From an uncultured Spirochaetota bacterium (GTDB taxonomy: Bacteria > Spirochaetota > Spirochaetia > SZUA-6 > Fen-1364), in the NCBI GenBank assembly GCA_963781885.1, contig CAWAHW010000002.1, positions 1,312,001 through 1,376,000 of the forward strand: a DNA stretch of 64,000 bases, given 5' to 3'. The notes beneath the pieces were generated by a model. That model was not told the DNA's origin. It ran no database searches and saw only the letters and a program-made list of their open reading frames with translations. This document shows, piece by piece, positions 28,455-37,491 of the stretch; the first letter of the stretch is position 1, and every line of letters starts with the position of its first letter. A program made the position numbers and the translations under genes.

Positions 28455-29420
28455 ATGAAGTCCTTCTGGGACGGGCAGCCGGAAATCTCCCGCGATCTTG
28501 AATGCGTGCGGGAAACCATCGCGCGCTGCGCGGCCACGGAAGACGCCGACGTCCACGCCGCGATCGGCCAGCTGCTCTCAACCAGCGGCAAGATGCTGCG
28601 GCCCGCCTTCGTCCTGCTTGCGTCGCGCTTCGGCGCCCCTGACCGGGAGCGGATCATCCGCATCGGCGCGGCGGTGGAAATGCTCCACATGGCCACACTC
28701 GTTCACGACGACATCATCGACGGGGCGAAGCTCCGCCGCGGCGTGGCCACCCTGAACGCGTCGAACGGCCCGCGCACGGCCGTGCTGGTGGGCGACTGGC
28801 TTTTCGCTTCCTGCTTCAGCCTGATCGCGGACATCGCCCGCACGGAAAATGCCCGCGCCCTTTCCCACATGGTGGCCCGAATCTGCGCCGGGGAGATCGG
28901 GCAGTCCGCCGACAGGTTCACCGTCCACACGAGCAAGCGACGCTACCTGCGGCGCATCACGGGCAAGACCGCCGCCCTTTTTTCCCTCTCCCTCTACGTC
29001 GGCGCGGTGGAAAGCGGCTGCACAGAGGCGGTGCAAGGCATCCTCCGCAGGCTGGGATTCTGCGTGGGCATGTGCTTCCAGATCGTGGACGACATCCTCG
29101 ATTTCTCGCCGGGCGCATCGGAAATCGGCAAGCCCGCGGGCAGCGACCTCCTCCAGGGGGTGCTCACCCTGCCGACAATACTTGCGCTGCGTGCGGACGA
29201 CGGCAGCCTGGCGAGCCTCATTGGCAGGGGACCCCTGTCCCGGCGGGCGGCGGCGCGCGCCGGGCGGATGGTTGTCGCCCTTGGCGGCATCGAAGCTGCC
29301 CGTTGTGAGGCGGAAGCTTATACGCGCCGCGCCGAACGGGAGATCCAGCGGCTTCCACCGTCAGAGGCCCGGGATATCCTGGGCGAGGTGACGGCAAGGC
29401 TCCTGAACCGTACGTGGTAG
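28455..29420 (+). CDS. Polyprenyl diphosphate synthase (DmkB/HepT-like)
   Basis: GKMLRP, HMATLVHDDIID...RRG, KTAALF, FQIVDDILD, GKPAGSDL. Confidence 0.9.
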   Translation: MKSFWDGQPEISRDLECVRETIARCAATEDADVHAAIGQLLSTSGKMLRPAFVLLASRFGAPDRERIIRIGAAVEMLHMATLVHDDIIDGAKLRRGVATLNASNGPRTAVLVGDWLFASCFSLIADIARTENARALSHMVARICAGEIGQSADRFTVHTSKRRYLRRITGKTAALFSLSLYVGAVESGCTEAVQGILRRLGFCVGMCFQIVDDILDFSPGASEIGKPAGSDLLQGVLTLPTILALRADDGSLASLIGRGPLSRRAAARAGRMVVALGGIEAARCEAEAYTRRAEREIQRLPPSEARDILGEVTARLLNRTW

Positions 29421-29464
29421 CACCGCTCGTTGCGCGGCCCGGACGGTACCCGGACGACATACAA

Positions 29465-29493
29465 TTGACAGCCCGGGGCGCGCATGATACTTT
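29465..29493 (+). promoter_or_regulatory. sigma70-type promoter
   Basis: TTGACA-N17-TACTTT with extended -10 TG; AGGAGG RBS. Confidence 0.7.
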
Positions 29494-29525
29494 GGGAGAA
29501 CGATATCTCGACACAGGAGGGATAA

Positions 29526-30050
29526 ATGAAAAGAAGAGTGCTTGCAATCGCGATCGTTCTGATTCTCTGCGTCACCGTCGGTTCGTTTGCCGCCGAGAAG
29601 AAAAGCTCCACCATTCCCTGGTGGGTCACCTACGGCGGGACGGATGTCGCCGTTGGCGTCGGCTATACCCAGGATCTTTTCGGAGCCTCGGCTGCTCTGA
29701 ATCTCACATTCGGACAGTTCGACATCGGTCCGATCCCCCTGTCATGGGGAGGCACGGTCGGCGGCGAATTCGGCTTCGGCTATGGGCTCGGACTCGGCGT
29801 GGGTGCATTCGTCACGCTGGAAACAGGATGGGACTTCGGCAGCATCTGGAAGTTCGAGTGGAGGGTCGGGATCGGCCCCGCTATCGCACTTGACCTTGGG
29901 GGCGGCTTCGGGATCGGGTTTGGCCAGTATGCATCCTGGACCTGGTGGTTCACGGATGCCTTTGGACTCACTGCCCAGGATATGTGGTCATATACCTTCG
30001 GCACCGCCGACATGTCGGCATACACCATCGGGGTGGAGTTGAAGCTGTAG
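29526..30050 (+). CDS. Small putative outer-membrane beta-barrel protein
   Basis: Signal peptide ending SFA; about 8 Gly/aromatic-rich amphipathic strands ending IGVELKL; has its own promoter and terminator. Confidence 0.7.
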   Translation: MKRRVLAIAIVLILCVTVGSFAAEKKSSTIPWWVTYGGTDVAVGVGYTQDLFGASAALNLTFGQFDIGPIPLSWGGTVGGEFGFGYGLGLGVGAFVTLETGWDFGSIWKFEWRVGIGPAIALDLGGGFGIGFGQYASWTWWFTDAFGLTAQDMWSYTFGTADMSAYTIGVELKL

Positions 30051-30069
30051 AATCGCTGATACGTGAAAG

Positions 30070-30100
30070 AAGAAGCCCCGGCTCTCCGGGGCTTCTTTTT
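30070..30100 (+). terminator. Intrinsic terminator
   Basis: AAGAAGCCCCGG-CTCT-CCGGGGCTTCTT-TTT. Confidence 0.85.
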
Positions 30101-30120
30101 ATCATGCGTCGGGAAGGCAC

Positions 30121-30261
30121 ATGACGCCGCTTGCATCGAAAATCCTGATTGTTGGAATACCCTTCGTCCTTTCGGTTTCCTGGTTCGTGTTCTGGGTGGT
30201 CCGGTTGAAAAGGGCCGCGAAGAAGGCGCGGACTTCATCAAGCGCGGACAAAAGACCGTAG
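30121..30261 (+). CDS. Small (46 aa) single-pass membrane protein, below the ORF-track cutoff
   Basis: MTPLASKILIVGIPFVLSVSWFVFWVVRLKRAAKKARTSSSADKRP*; GGGAAGG upstream. Confidence 0.55.
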   Translation: MTPLASKILIVGIPFVLSVSWFVFWVVRLKRAAKKARTSSSADKRP

Positions 30262-30313
30262 CGGGACGTGGCGGGCCTTGACGCAATTCATTCCTCAGCC
30301 CCTATTGTAGCCT

Positions 30314-31810
30314 GTGATATCGTCGCGGGCTGTGCACCTTCAGATCGAAAAGCTCTGCTTCTCCTATCCTGCGCTGTCGGGAGAGCCGGGTCCGCTCGTC
30401 CTTGATGGCCTCAATTTTGGCGCGGCGCAAGGGGAGCTCGCCGTCATACTCGGTGCAGCGGACGCGGGCAAGACAACCCTTGCCCGCATCGTCGGCGGCT
30501 TCGTGCCGCGATTCAGCGGGGGAAGGCTGGCCGGATCGCTGCGCATCGCCGGAACGGAAATCCTCGGCACGCCGCCCTACGAGCTCATGGAGCGCGTCGG
30601 GGTGGTGTCACAGGACTCCGACGAGCAGCTCATCACCACGCGCTGCGACACCGAGGTGGCCTTTGCGCTAGAGTCGCTCGGCATGCCCCGGGAGCAGATG
30701 CGGGAGCGGGTGGAGTCGTCCCTTGCCCGGTTCGGCCTCACGGAGTTTCGAAGCCGTAATCCTTCGACGCTCTCCGGCGGGGAGAAGAAGCGCCTGCTCT
30801 TTGCCTGCCTGGACGCCATCGGTCCAGAGATATGGCTGCTCGACGATTCACTCGGAGAGCTGGACCAGGGATGGAAGGCACGGATACTCGCCCTTCTCGC
30901 GGAAGCGGGCAGGACCGTGATCGTATTCGATGCCCGATTGCCGGAGCATGCCGTCGGCCGCGCGCAGAGCTACGCGCTCCTGGAGGATGGCCGCATTGCC
31001 GCCCGGGCTGCACAGGTCGACGAGCCCGGCTTCCCGGAAGCCCTTGCCGCTGCGGGCATCACGCCCCGAGCATCCGCGTCCATTCAAATCCGGCCCACCC
31101 CGCATCCGGTCCTTCAGGCAGAAGGGGTCCGGTTCAGCTTTGCCGGCCCCGACGGATTTTCCCTCCAGATAGAATCTCTCTGTCTGAACGGCGGCGAGGT
31201 ATGCGCCCTTGCGGGCCGGAACGGATCGGGCAAGTCGACATTGGGCAGGATCCTGTGCGGCCTTCTGATGCCGCAGGCAGGCGCGTTCACCCTTGAGACG
31301 GGGAAGGGCAGGCGGCAGGCGGACGCGGACGATCTTTCCGCTTCCATCGGCTACCTTTTTCAGAATCCCGATCACCAGATCTACCTCCCGACCATCCGCG
31401 AAGAGCTCTCACTCGGGCTCCAGCGTCGGGGCCTGGCCCGCGGTGAGATTGAAAACCTGGTCGCCGATGCTGTCGCGCTCTTCCGCCTCCCCGATGCCGG
31501 CACGCCGCCTGCCCTGATGAGCTATGGCGCGCGCAAGAGGTTGCAGGCAGCGACCTATTACCTTCTGGACCGTGCCCTCCTCATCCTCGACGAGGTCGAC
31601 GCCGGCCTCTCCAGCAGGGAAGTGGAGGCGCTCATCGATTCACTCGGGCGACGCGGCGCCGGCATCCTCCTCATCACCCACGACCTGGCCCTGGCACGCG
31701 GCATGGCGGACAGGGTGCTGGCGATGGACCGGGGCAGGATCGTCGCGGACCTGCCGGCCGGTCAGCTTGCCCGGCTCCCGTCGCTGCTCGAAGAGGCGGT
31801 CGGCGCATGA
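30314..31810 (+). CDS. ECF transporter fused double ATPase
   Basis: Two NBDs: GAADAGKTT/LSGGEKKR and GRNGSGKST/FQNPDHQ/ILDE. Confidence 0.85.
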   Translation: MISSRAVHLQIEKLCFSYPALSGEPGPLVLDGLNFGAAQGELAVILGAADAGKTTLARIVGGFVPRFSGGRLAGSLRIAGTEILGTPPYELMERVGVVSQDSDEQLITTRCDTEVAFALESLGMPREQMRERVESSLARFGLTEFRSRNPSTLSGGEKKRLLFACLDAIGPEIWLLDDSLGELDQGWKARILALLAEAGRTVIVFDARLPEHAVGRAQSYALLEDGRIAARAAQVDEPGFPEALAAAGITPRASASIQIRPTPHPVLQAEGVRFSFAGPDGFSLQIESLCLNGGEVCALAGRNGSGKSTLGRILCGLLMPQAGAFTLETGKGRRQADADDLSASIGYLFQNPDHQIYLPTIREELSLGLQRRGLARGEIENLVADAVALFRLPDAGTPPALMSYGARKRLQAATYYLLDRALLILDEVDAGLSSREVEALIDSLGRRGAGILLITHDLALARGMADRVLAMDRGRIVADLPAGQLARLPSLLEEAVGA

Positions 31811-32577
31811 ATCTCGAGCTGTACCGCAGCGGCACGAGCTTCCTGCATGCATTCGATGCGCGCGCAAAGATTTTCCTGCTCGTGCCGCTTGTTGTCTGCT
31901 TTTTCCTGCCGCAGCCCTGGCAGCTGTTGCTTTTCTTCACGGCGGCCATCATGGCAGTCGTCGCCGCTGCTCTCGGCCCCCGCGAGCTCCTGCCGCCATT
32001 GAAGGCAATCGGCGCCGTCCTCATCCTCATCTGTCTGCTCACGCCGCCTTTTCACCGCGACGGGCAGGTCGTGCTTCGGCTCTTCGGCTTTGCCCTGCTG
32101 ACCGCGGACGGCCTGCGTGAGACGGCGGTCATGCTCCTGCGCTTCCTCGGCATCACCTTCGGGGTTTTCGCCATGCTCCGCACGCTTCCGCTGGACGATC
32201 TGGTGCTCGGGCTGCGATGGTTCCGCCTGCCCTATGCCGCGTGTCTGGTGATGATCGTGACGCTGCGCACGATCCCGTCGCTTGCGGGCACCTGGCGGAA
32301 CGTGCTCGACGCGCATCGCCTGCGCGGAGGTCCGGTGGCGCAGCAAGGGCGCAAGAAGATCGTTGCGCGCTATCTGCCGCTCCTCACCTCGGTGCTCATC
32401 GAGGCGGTGAAGAGTATTCCTGCCCTTGCGATGGCCCTGGAAAGTCGGGGTTTCGGCCGGCGCAACCCGCGGACTGCTTTCGCGCAGCTCCCGGCGGGGC
32501 ACGCGTTCTTCCGCGACATGACGGTGTGCCTGCTCCTGTCCGCGGCGCTTCTCTGGCCGGCATTCGTGCGCTGGTGA
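31807..32577 (+). CDS. ecfT: ECF transporter T component
   Basis: SFLHAFDARAK, DAHRLRG, AMALESRGF. Confidence 0.85.
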   Translation: MNLELYRSGTSFLHAFDARAKIFLLVPLVVCFFLPQPWQLLLFFTAAIMAVVAAALGPRELLPPLKAIGAVLILICLLTPPFHRDGQVVLRLFGFALLTADGLRETAVMLLRFLGITFGVFAMLRTLPLDDLVLGLRWFRLPYAACLVMIVTLRTIPSLAGTWRNVLDAHRLRGGPVAQQGRKKIVARYLPLLTSVLIEAVKSIPALAMALESRGFGRRNPRTAFAQLPAGHAFFRDMTVCLLLSAALLWPAFVRW

Positions 32578-32635
32578 GCTCCGGCATTCTTTCCGCGTCG
32601 CGCGTTTTCTCCTATAATGAAGGGGTGAGGTGCGA

Positions 32636-33163
32636 ATGAAAGACGATCGACCCATCATGTCTCCCGCGTTCCGCGTGGCGTCCATCGCCGTCCTGGCAGC
32701 CGTGACGACGGTGCTCACGCGCCTTGTGCAGATACCGACGACCGCGAGCAATTACATCAATCTCGGGGACGTTATCATCGTTTTTACCGCCTTGATATTC
32801 GGCCCCTTTTCCGCCGCGCTCGCCGGCGGCGTCGGCACCGCGCTCGCCGACCTGCTGAGCGGACCGTTCGCGTTCTGGGCGCCCATTTCGCTCGTCGTCC
32901 ACGGTCTGCAGGGTCTGCTGATCGGCCTTATCGTCCGCGCGCGGCCCTCGAACGTCCCCCTTGCGATCGCGGCCGGCGCCGTCGGAATCGTCATCATGGC
33001 AGGCGGCTATTTCGTCGCGGGGGGCTTCATCACCGGTTTCGGGCCTTCGCTCACGGCCATACCGCTCAACTGCCTCCAGGGAGGCGTCGGCGTGGTTCTT
33101 GGACTGCTCGTGGCCGCGACGGTGGAGCGGGCCTATCCGCCCGTCCGCCAATGGAAATGGTAG
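32636..33163 (+). CDS. ECF transporter S component (HmpT/PdxU-like)
   Basis: YINLGD...FGP...AGGVGTALADLLSG...WAP; TATAAT at 32613-32618. Confidence 0.8.
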   Translation: MKDDRPIMSPAFRVASIAVLAAVTTVLTRLVQIPTTASNYINLGDVIIVFTALIFGPFSAALAGGVGTALADLLSGPFAFWAPISLVVHGLQGLLIGLIVRARPSNVPLAIAAGAVGIVIMAGGYFVAGGFITGFGPSLTAIPLNCLQGGVGVVLGLLVAATVERAYPPVRQWKW

Positions 33164-33849
33164 AAACGCTCGCGGCCGCATACGTCGCGGTGCAGCAGAG
33201 AATCGAGGCAGCGGCGCGCCGGGCGGGCCGCCCGCTCTCAGGTATCCGTCTCATGGCGGTGAGCAAGGGCTTTCCGCGCGCCGCTGTGGATGCCGCGCTG
33301 GCCGCAGGGCTCCGGCTTTTCGGTGAGAACAGGGTGCAGGAGGCGGAAGGGAAGTTCGCGGAACTGCCGACGGACGTCGAGCTCCACCTGATCGGACATC
33401 TCCAGCGCAACAAGGCGCGCACGGCAGCCGCCGTCTTCTCCTGCGTGCAGTCGATCGACAAGACCGAGACGGCGGAAGCGCTGGACGCGCATTGCGCGCA
33501 ACGCGGCACCGTCATGGACGTGCTGCTGGAGCTGAACGCAAGCGGCGAGCAGTCGAAATCCGGATTTGCCGACCGAGACCGGCTTCTCCGCGGCCTTGAC
33601 GCGATTTCCCGTCTCACTCATCTCCGCGTGAGGGGGCTCATGACCGTGGGTCCACTCAGCGATGAGGAAACCAGGATTCGGTCCGCCTTCTCCCTCCTGC
33701 GCAGCCTCTTCGATGAGATTCGCGACGGGCAGACCTCTTTCGATACGCTTTCCATGGGAATGTCGGGCGATTTCGAGCAGGCCATCGAGGAAGGGTCCAC
33801 GCTCGTGCGAATCGGCACGGCGCTTTTCGGGCCTCGGCAACCTCAATGA
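33151..33849 (+). CDS. yggS: YggS-family PLP homeostasis protein
   Basis: MAVSK, FGENRVQE, HLIGHLQRNK, LSMGMSGDF, VRIGTALFG. Confidence 0.95.
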   Translation: MEMVETLAAAYVAVQQRIEAAARRAGRPLSGIRLMAVSKGFPRAAVDAALAAGLRLFGENRVQEAEGKFAELPTDVELHLIGHLQRNKARTAAAVFSCVQSIDKTETAEALDAHCAQRGTVMDVLLELNASGEQSKSGFADRDRLLRGLDAISRLTHLRVRGLMTVGPLSDEETRIRSAFSLLRSLFDEIRDGQTSFDTLSMGMSGDFEQAIEEGSTLVRIGTALFGPRQPQ

Positions 33850-34238
33850 GCACAAGGGTCGTGCGCGTGACGGCGCTTGCCGTCCTCCTCTGCCTCGGCG
33901 CGGCCACCGTCGGCCTGGCCGACGACCACACGCCGAAGCCGTACGACCCCGACGAGTTTGCCGCGTGGATGCGCGATCTCTGGCGCGCTGAGGCCGTTTT
34001 TGTTGGCGCATTCCCGTTCGCGATCTTCGTGACGTTTGAAGTCTACGACACCATTCGCTACGCCGAGGATGGGTTTCGTGACCCCAGCTATGCCCCCTGG
34101 CCGCTGGGCTCGGGCTCGTCGACGTACTCGACGACCGAATCCACGTGGCTTGCGGTTTCGGCCCTATCCCTTTCCCTGATCGTCGCCGGCATCGATTTCC
34201 TGATCGGTCGCATCAATGAATCCTCCCCGAAGAATTGA
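33846..34238 (+). CDS. Hypothetical membrane protein
   Basis: Signal peptide, PYDPDEF motif, two hydrophobic segments; translationally coupled to yggS. Confidence 0.65.
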   Translation: MSTRVVRVTALAVLLCLGAATVGLADDHTPKPYDPDEFAAWMRDLWRAEAVFVGAFPFAIFVTFEVYDTIRYAEDGFRDPSYAPWPLGSGSSTYSTTESTWLAVSALSLSLIVAGIDFLIGRINESSPKN

Positions 34239-35173
34239 AAGACGCGTCGCGCTTGCCGCGGACGACGGCGTTCGCCTGGACGTCTTCATCGCCGACCGGC
34301 TGGGTCTTTTTTCGCGCAGCCAGGCCAGGTCACGCGTCGTGTCCACGACGGTGAACGGAAAGCCGGCGCGGCTGGCGCGCAAGCTGCGCGTCGGAGACCT
34401 CGTACGCGTGGATTGGGCCGACCCTCCGCCCAGCGAGCTTGTCCCGGAGAACATCCCGTTGTGCGTCCGATTCGAAAACGAGGACGTCGTGGTCATCGAC
34501 AAGCCGCAGGGCATGGTTGTGCACCCGGGAAGCGGCAATGCGGGCGGCACCATGGTGCATGCGCTCCTCTTCCGCTACGCCGGCTTTACGGATCGGTTTG
34601 CGGAGTCCGGGAGCAGGCCGGGAATCGTCCATCGACTGGACAAGGAGACCTCCGGCATCATCATCGTGGCGCGCCACCCCGCGGCCCATGAGATGCTTGC
34701 CGCCCAGTTCCGCGACCGCAGCGTGCGCAAGCGCTACCTTGCCATCGTCCAGGGCGTGCCGGCCGAGCGGGAGGGCAGGATCGACAAGCGCATCGCAAGG
34801 GACCCGCACGACAGGAAGAGATTCACCTGCGTCGCCACCGGTGGAAGGACCGCCTCGACGCGCTACCGCGTGTTGCGCAGCTTCGGCGCGGGAAAAGGCT
34901 CATATTCACTGGTTGTTCTGGCGCCGCGCACGGGGCGTACGCACCAGCTGCGCGTCCACATGAAGTCCATCGGAACCCCCATACTCGGCAACCCCGTCTA
35001 CGGCCGGCCCAGACGCGCGCTTTCCCGCCAGCAGGCTCATGCTCCACGCCCGCAGTCTCACCATCAGGATACCCGGAGAGGAGCAGGCGCGCACATTCGT
35101 CTCACCGATGCCCGATCGGTTCCGCGGCGTGCTGCGGGAGATTCAGAACTTTTCGCCCAGGACGGAATTGTAG
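34216..35173 (+). CDS. rluD: RluA/RluD-family pseudouridine synthase (frameshift near 35008-35010)
   Basis: RLDVF S4 domain, KPQGMVVHPG, GIVHRLDKETSG, TGRTHQLRVH; LMLHA motif resumes in the +1 frame. Confidence 0.85.
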
Positions 35174-35712
35174 AGCTTTTCAATCCCCACCTTCGAGGGC
35201 GGCCCATGTCCGGGGAATATCAGCACCTCGTCACCGAGTGATAAAAGCTTGTCGCGCACGGATTCCAGAAGCAGCCCCCGCGCATAGCCGTCGCGCGTCG
35301 TCCCGATCGTGCCCGCCGACAGGGTATCTCCCGTAAAAAGGAGGTGACCGCAGAGAAAACAGACCGAATCGATTGAGTGCCCCGGTGTCTCGATGACGCG
35401 AATGGTGAACTCTCCGAGATCGAGCGAGTCCCCGTCTTTGATGTGCCGGGCAGGGAAGTCGAGAACGCTGGGCTGGTTTGCGTAGATCACCGACTCGTAG
35501 ACCTTGCGTAGCGCGCGGATGCCATTGATATGCGCGTTGTGGGCATGCGTCACGAGGATGGACCGAACATACAGGCCGTTCTCCTCTACCGCCTGGAGGA
35601 GCTGCGCGTCGAATGCGCCCGGGTCGATCAGGATGGCGTCGCCCCCGCCGTCGGATCCGATGAGGTACGAGTTGGAGAATCCCAGCCGGGAAAAAAGCGA
35701 AAAGAACTTCAT
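35143..35712 (-). CDS. MBL-fold metallo-hydrolase (glyoxalase II-like)
   Basis: IDPG, THAHNAH, TPGHS, FTGDTL, FPGHGP. Confidence 0.85.
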   Translation of the reverse strand: MKFFSLFSRLGFSNSYLIGSDGGGDAILIDPGAFDAQLLQAVEENGLYVRSILVTHAHNAHINGIRALRKVYESVIYANQPSVLDFPARHIKDGDSLDLGEFTIRVIETPGHSIDSVCFLCGHLLFTGDTLSAGTIGTTRDGYARGLLLESVRDKLLSLGDEVLIFPGHGPPSKVGIEKLYNSVLGEKF

Positions 35713-36293
35713 GGCGACTGTTCCAGGAAGACCGCTTCGTTTGGATTGGAGGACCTGAAGTCGACGATGGCGCGGTGCCCCGCATCGAAGAGCGTGCGCA
35801 TGAGACTGCAATCGCGCATGCCCACCTCCTGCAAAATGGAGCCGACAAATCGCGAGCCATAGAGGTTGGAGTGGTCGAATTGCGTACGAACGGCGCGAAT
35901 GCCAAGGAAATTGCACTGCACGATCTCGCATTCGGCGAACGTGCAGTCCAGGAGCTCGCAGCCGGCGAAGACCGAGTTCAGGAAATTCCCGCCCGTTGCG
36001 TCGCAGGAGGTGAAGGTGGCGCGGTCCAGGAAAGAGAGATGAATCTGGGCGCCGCGGAGGATGACGCGCGCCATCGTGGCGGCCGTCAGCCGGCAGCCGT
36101 ACAGCTGCACGCCCGACAGGTCCACGTCCTCGATGCGCGCCCCCGCCAGGTCCAGGTCCCGCACGACGCGCCCCGGCTGGAGAATGCTGCGCACATGGGC
36201 CACAGGGGAAGGGTGGTGCACGACGCAGGTCGTCGCACCCGAGAGGGCGGGGCGGCCGCACCCCTGCACGGCACATGACCGGGGAACGAACAT
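35709..36293 (-). CDS. Pentapeptide repeat protein with an N-terminal Cys/His motif
   Basis: CAVQGC...CVVH, then [LF]xxxx periodicity (LDLAG, VDLSG, CRLTA). Confidence 0.8.
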   Translation of the reverse strand: MFVPRSCAVQGCGRPALSGATTCVVHHPSPVAHVRSILQPGRVVRDLDLAGARIEDVDLSGVQLYGCRLTAATMARVILRGAQIHLSFLDRATFTSCDATGGNFLNSVFAGCELLDCTFAECEIVQCNFLGIRAVRTQFDHSNLYGSRFVGSILQEVGMRDCSLMRTLFDAGHRAIVDFRSSNPNEAVFLEQSP

Positions 36294-36300
36294 GGCCTTA

Positions 36301-36394
36301 AGATTACCCATTCATATCTGCGGGTGCAAGGCCGGGCAGGGGATTTGCAGGATTTACCGTCATACTTGCCGCCTCCGCGGCCTTGGTATATCCT
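36301..36394. promoter_or_regulatory. Divergent pair of sigma70-type promoters, both with leaderless geometry
   Basis: Minus strand: TTGCAC-N17-TAATCT-N7-ATG(36293). Plus strand: TTGCCG-N17-TATCCT-N7-ATG(36402). Confidence 0.6.
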
Positions 36395-36401
36395 GTGTGC
36401 G

Positions 36402-36704
36402 ATGTATGCCTGCCATTTCTGCGGGACGGAGGTCGGGAATCCACGCGAAGTATTCAGGAACTCGACCTGCGCTTCCTGTCAAAAGGACCTGAAAATATGC
36501 CTCAACTGCCGGTTCTACAGCCCCGGCGCCCACTGGGATTGCGGTGAAACTATCGACGAGCAGGTGAAGGACAAGGATCGGGCCAACTTCTGTACGTTTT
36601 TCTCCTTCCGCGTCGCGACGCCCGGCACGAAGGCAGAGCAGCAAAAGGACGCGCGGCAGCAGGCAAAACGAAAAATCGACACGCTATTCGGCGATGAGTC
36701 CTGA
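36402..36704 (+). CDS. Cys-rich (zinc-binding) hypothetical protein
   Basis: CHFC, CASC, CLNCRFY, C...ANFCTFF. Confidence 0.75.
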   Translation: MYACHFCGTEVGNPREVFRNSTCASCQKDLKICLNCRFYSPGAHWDCGETIDEQVKDKDRANFCTFFSFRVATPGTKAEQQKDARQQAKRKIDTLFGDES

Positions 36705-37485
36705 GACAATAGGCTTTCTTGATTCCGGCATCGGCGGCCTGCCGTACCTGGCGCACCTTCGCATGCGCCTGGGCGGCGGGCGTCTCGTCTATGTGGCGGA
36801 CCGGGCGAACTTCCCCTACGGGGAAAAAACACGGGAACAGGTCCTTGCGGCATCGCTCTCCGTCGCGGAACGCCTCATCGCGCGGGAGAACCCACGGCTG
36901 ATTGTCGTCGCCTGCAACACGATGTCCGTCATCGCCCTTGAGGCGCTCCGCGAGCGCTTCCCGCTGCCCTTCGTCGGGGTGGTTCCTGCCGTAAAGCCGG
37001 CCGCCGAGCTTTCGCGCAAACGGCGCGTGGGAGTGCTTGCAACCCGGCAGACCGTGGAGGGGGAATACCTGCGGGGGCTCATCGAACGCTACGCCTCCGG
37101 CTGCGCCGTTGTAAGCCTCTCGTCGGCGCGGCTGGTCGAGTTCGTCGAGAGGGAAATGGCCGACGCATCGGACGAAGTGCGCATGGAAAGGGTGCGCGAG
37201 GAGGTGGAGCGCTTCCACACCGCGCGCATCGACGCGCTGGTTCTGGGCTGCACGCATTTTCTCCATCTCGAGCAGGAGTTCCGCCGGCTCCTTGAGGCAG
37301 AGGCCATCGCGCTCGTGGATTCGCGCGACGGCGTCTCCCGCCAGGTCGTGCGCCTCCTGCCCCCCGATATCGGTGCATCCAACGGCTCCCCGCATGTGAT
37401 GTATCTCACCGGCGCAGAGCCCCTGGAAGAGCGCTACCAATGGTTTGCCGCCCGATTCGGCCTGCAGCTGGCGGGCACCCTGTAG
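36694..37485 (+). CDS. murI: Glutamate racemase
   Basis: DSGIGGL, PYGEK, ACNT, LGCTH. Confidence 0.95.
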   Translation: MSPETIGFLDSGIGGLPYLAHLRMRLGGGRLVYVADRANFPYGEKTREQVLAASLSVAERLIARENPRLIVVACNTMSVIALEALRERFPLPFVGVVPAVKPAAELSRKRRVGVLATRQTVEGEYLRGLIERYASGCAVVSLSSARLVEFVEREMADASDEVRMERVREEVERFHTARIDALVLGCTHFLHLEQEFRRLLEAEAIALVDSRDGVSRQVVRLLPPDIGASNGSPHVMYLTGAEPLEERYQWFAARFGLQLAGTL

Positions 37486-37491
37486 GAACAT

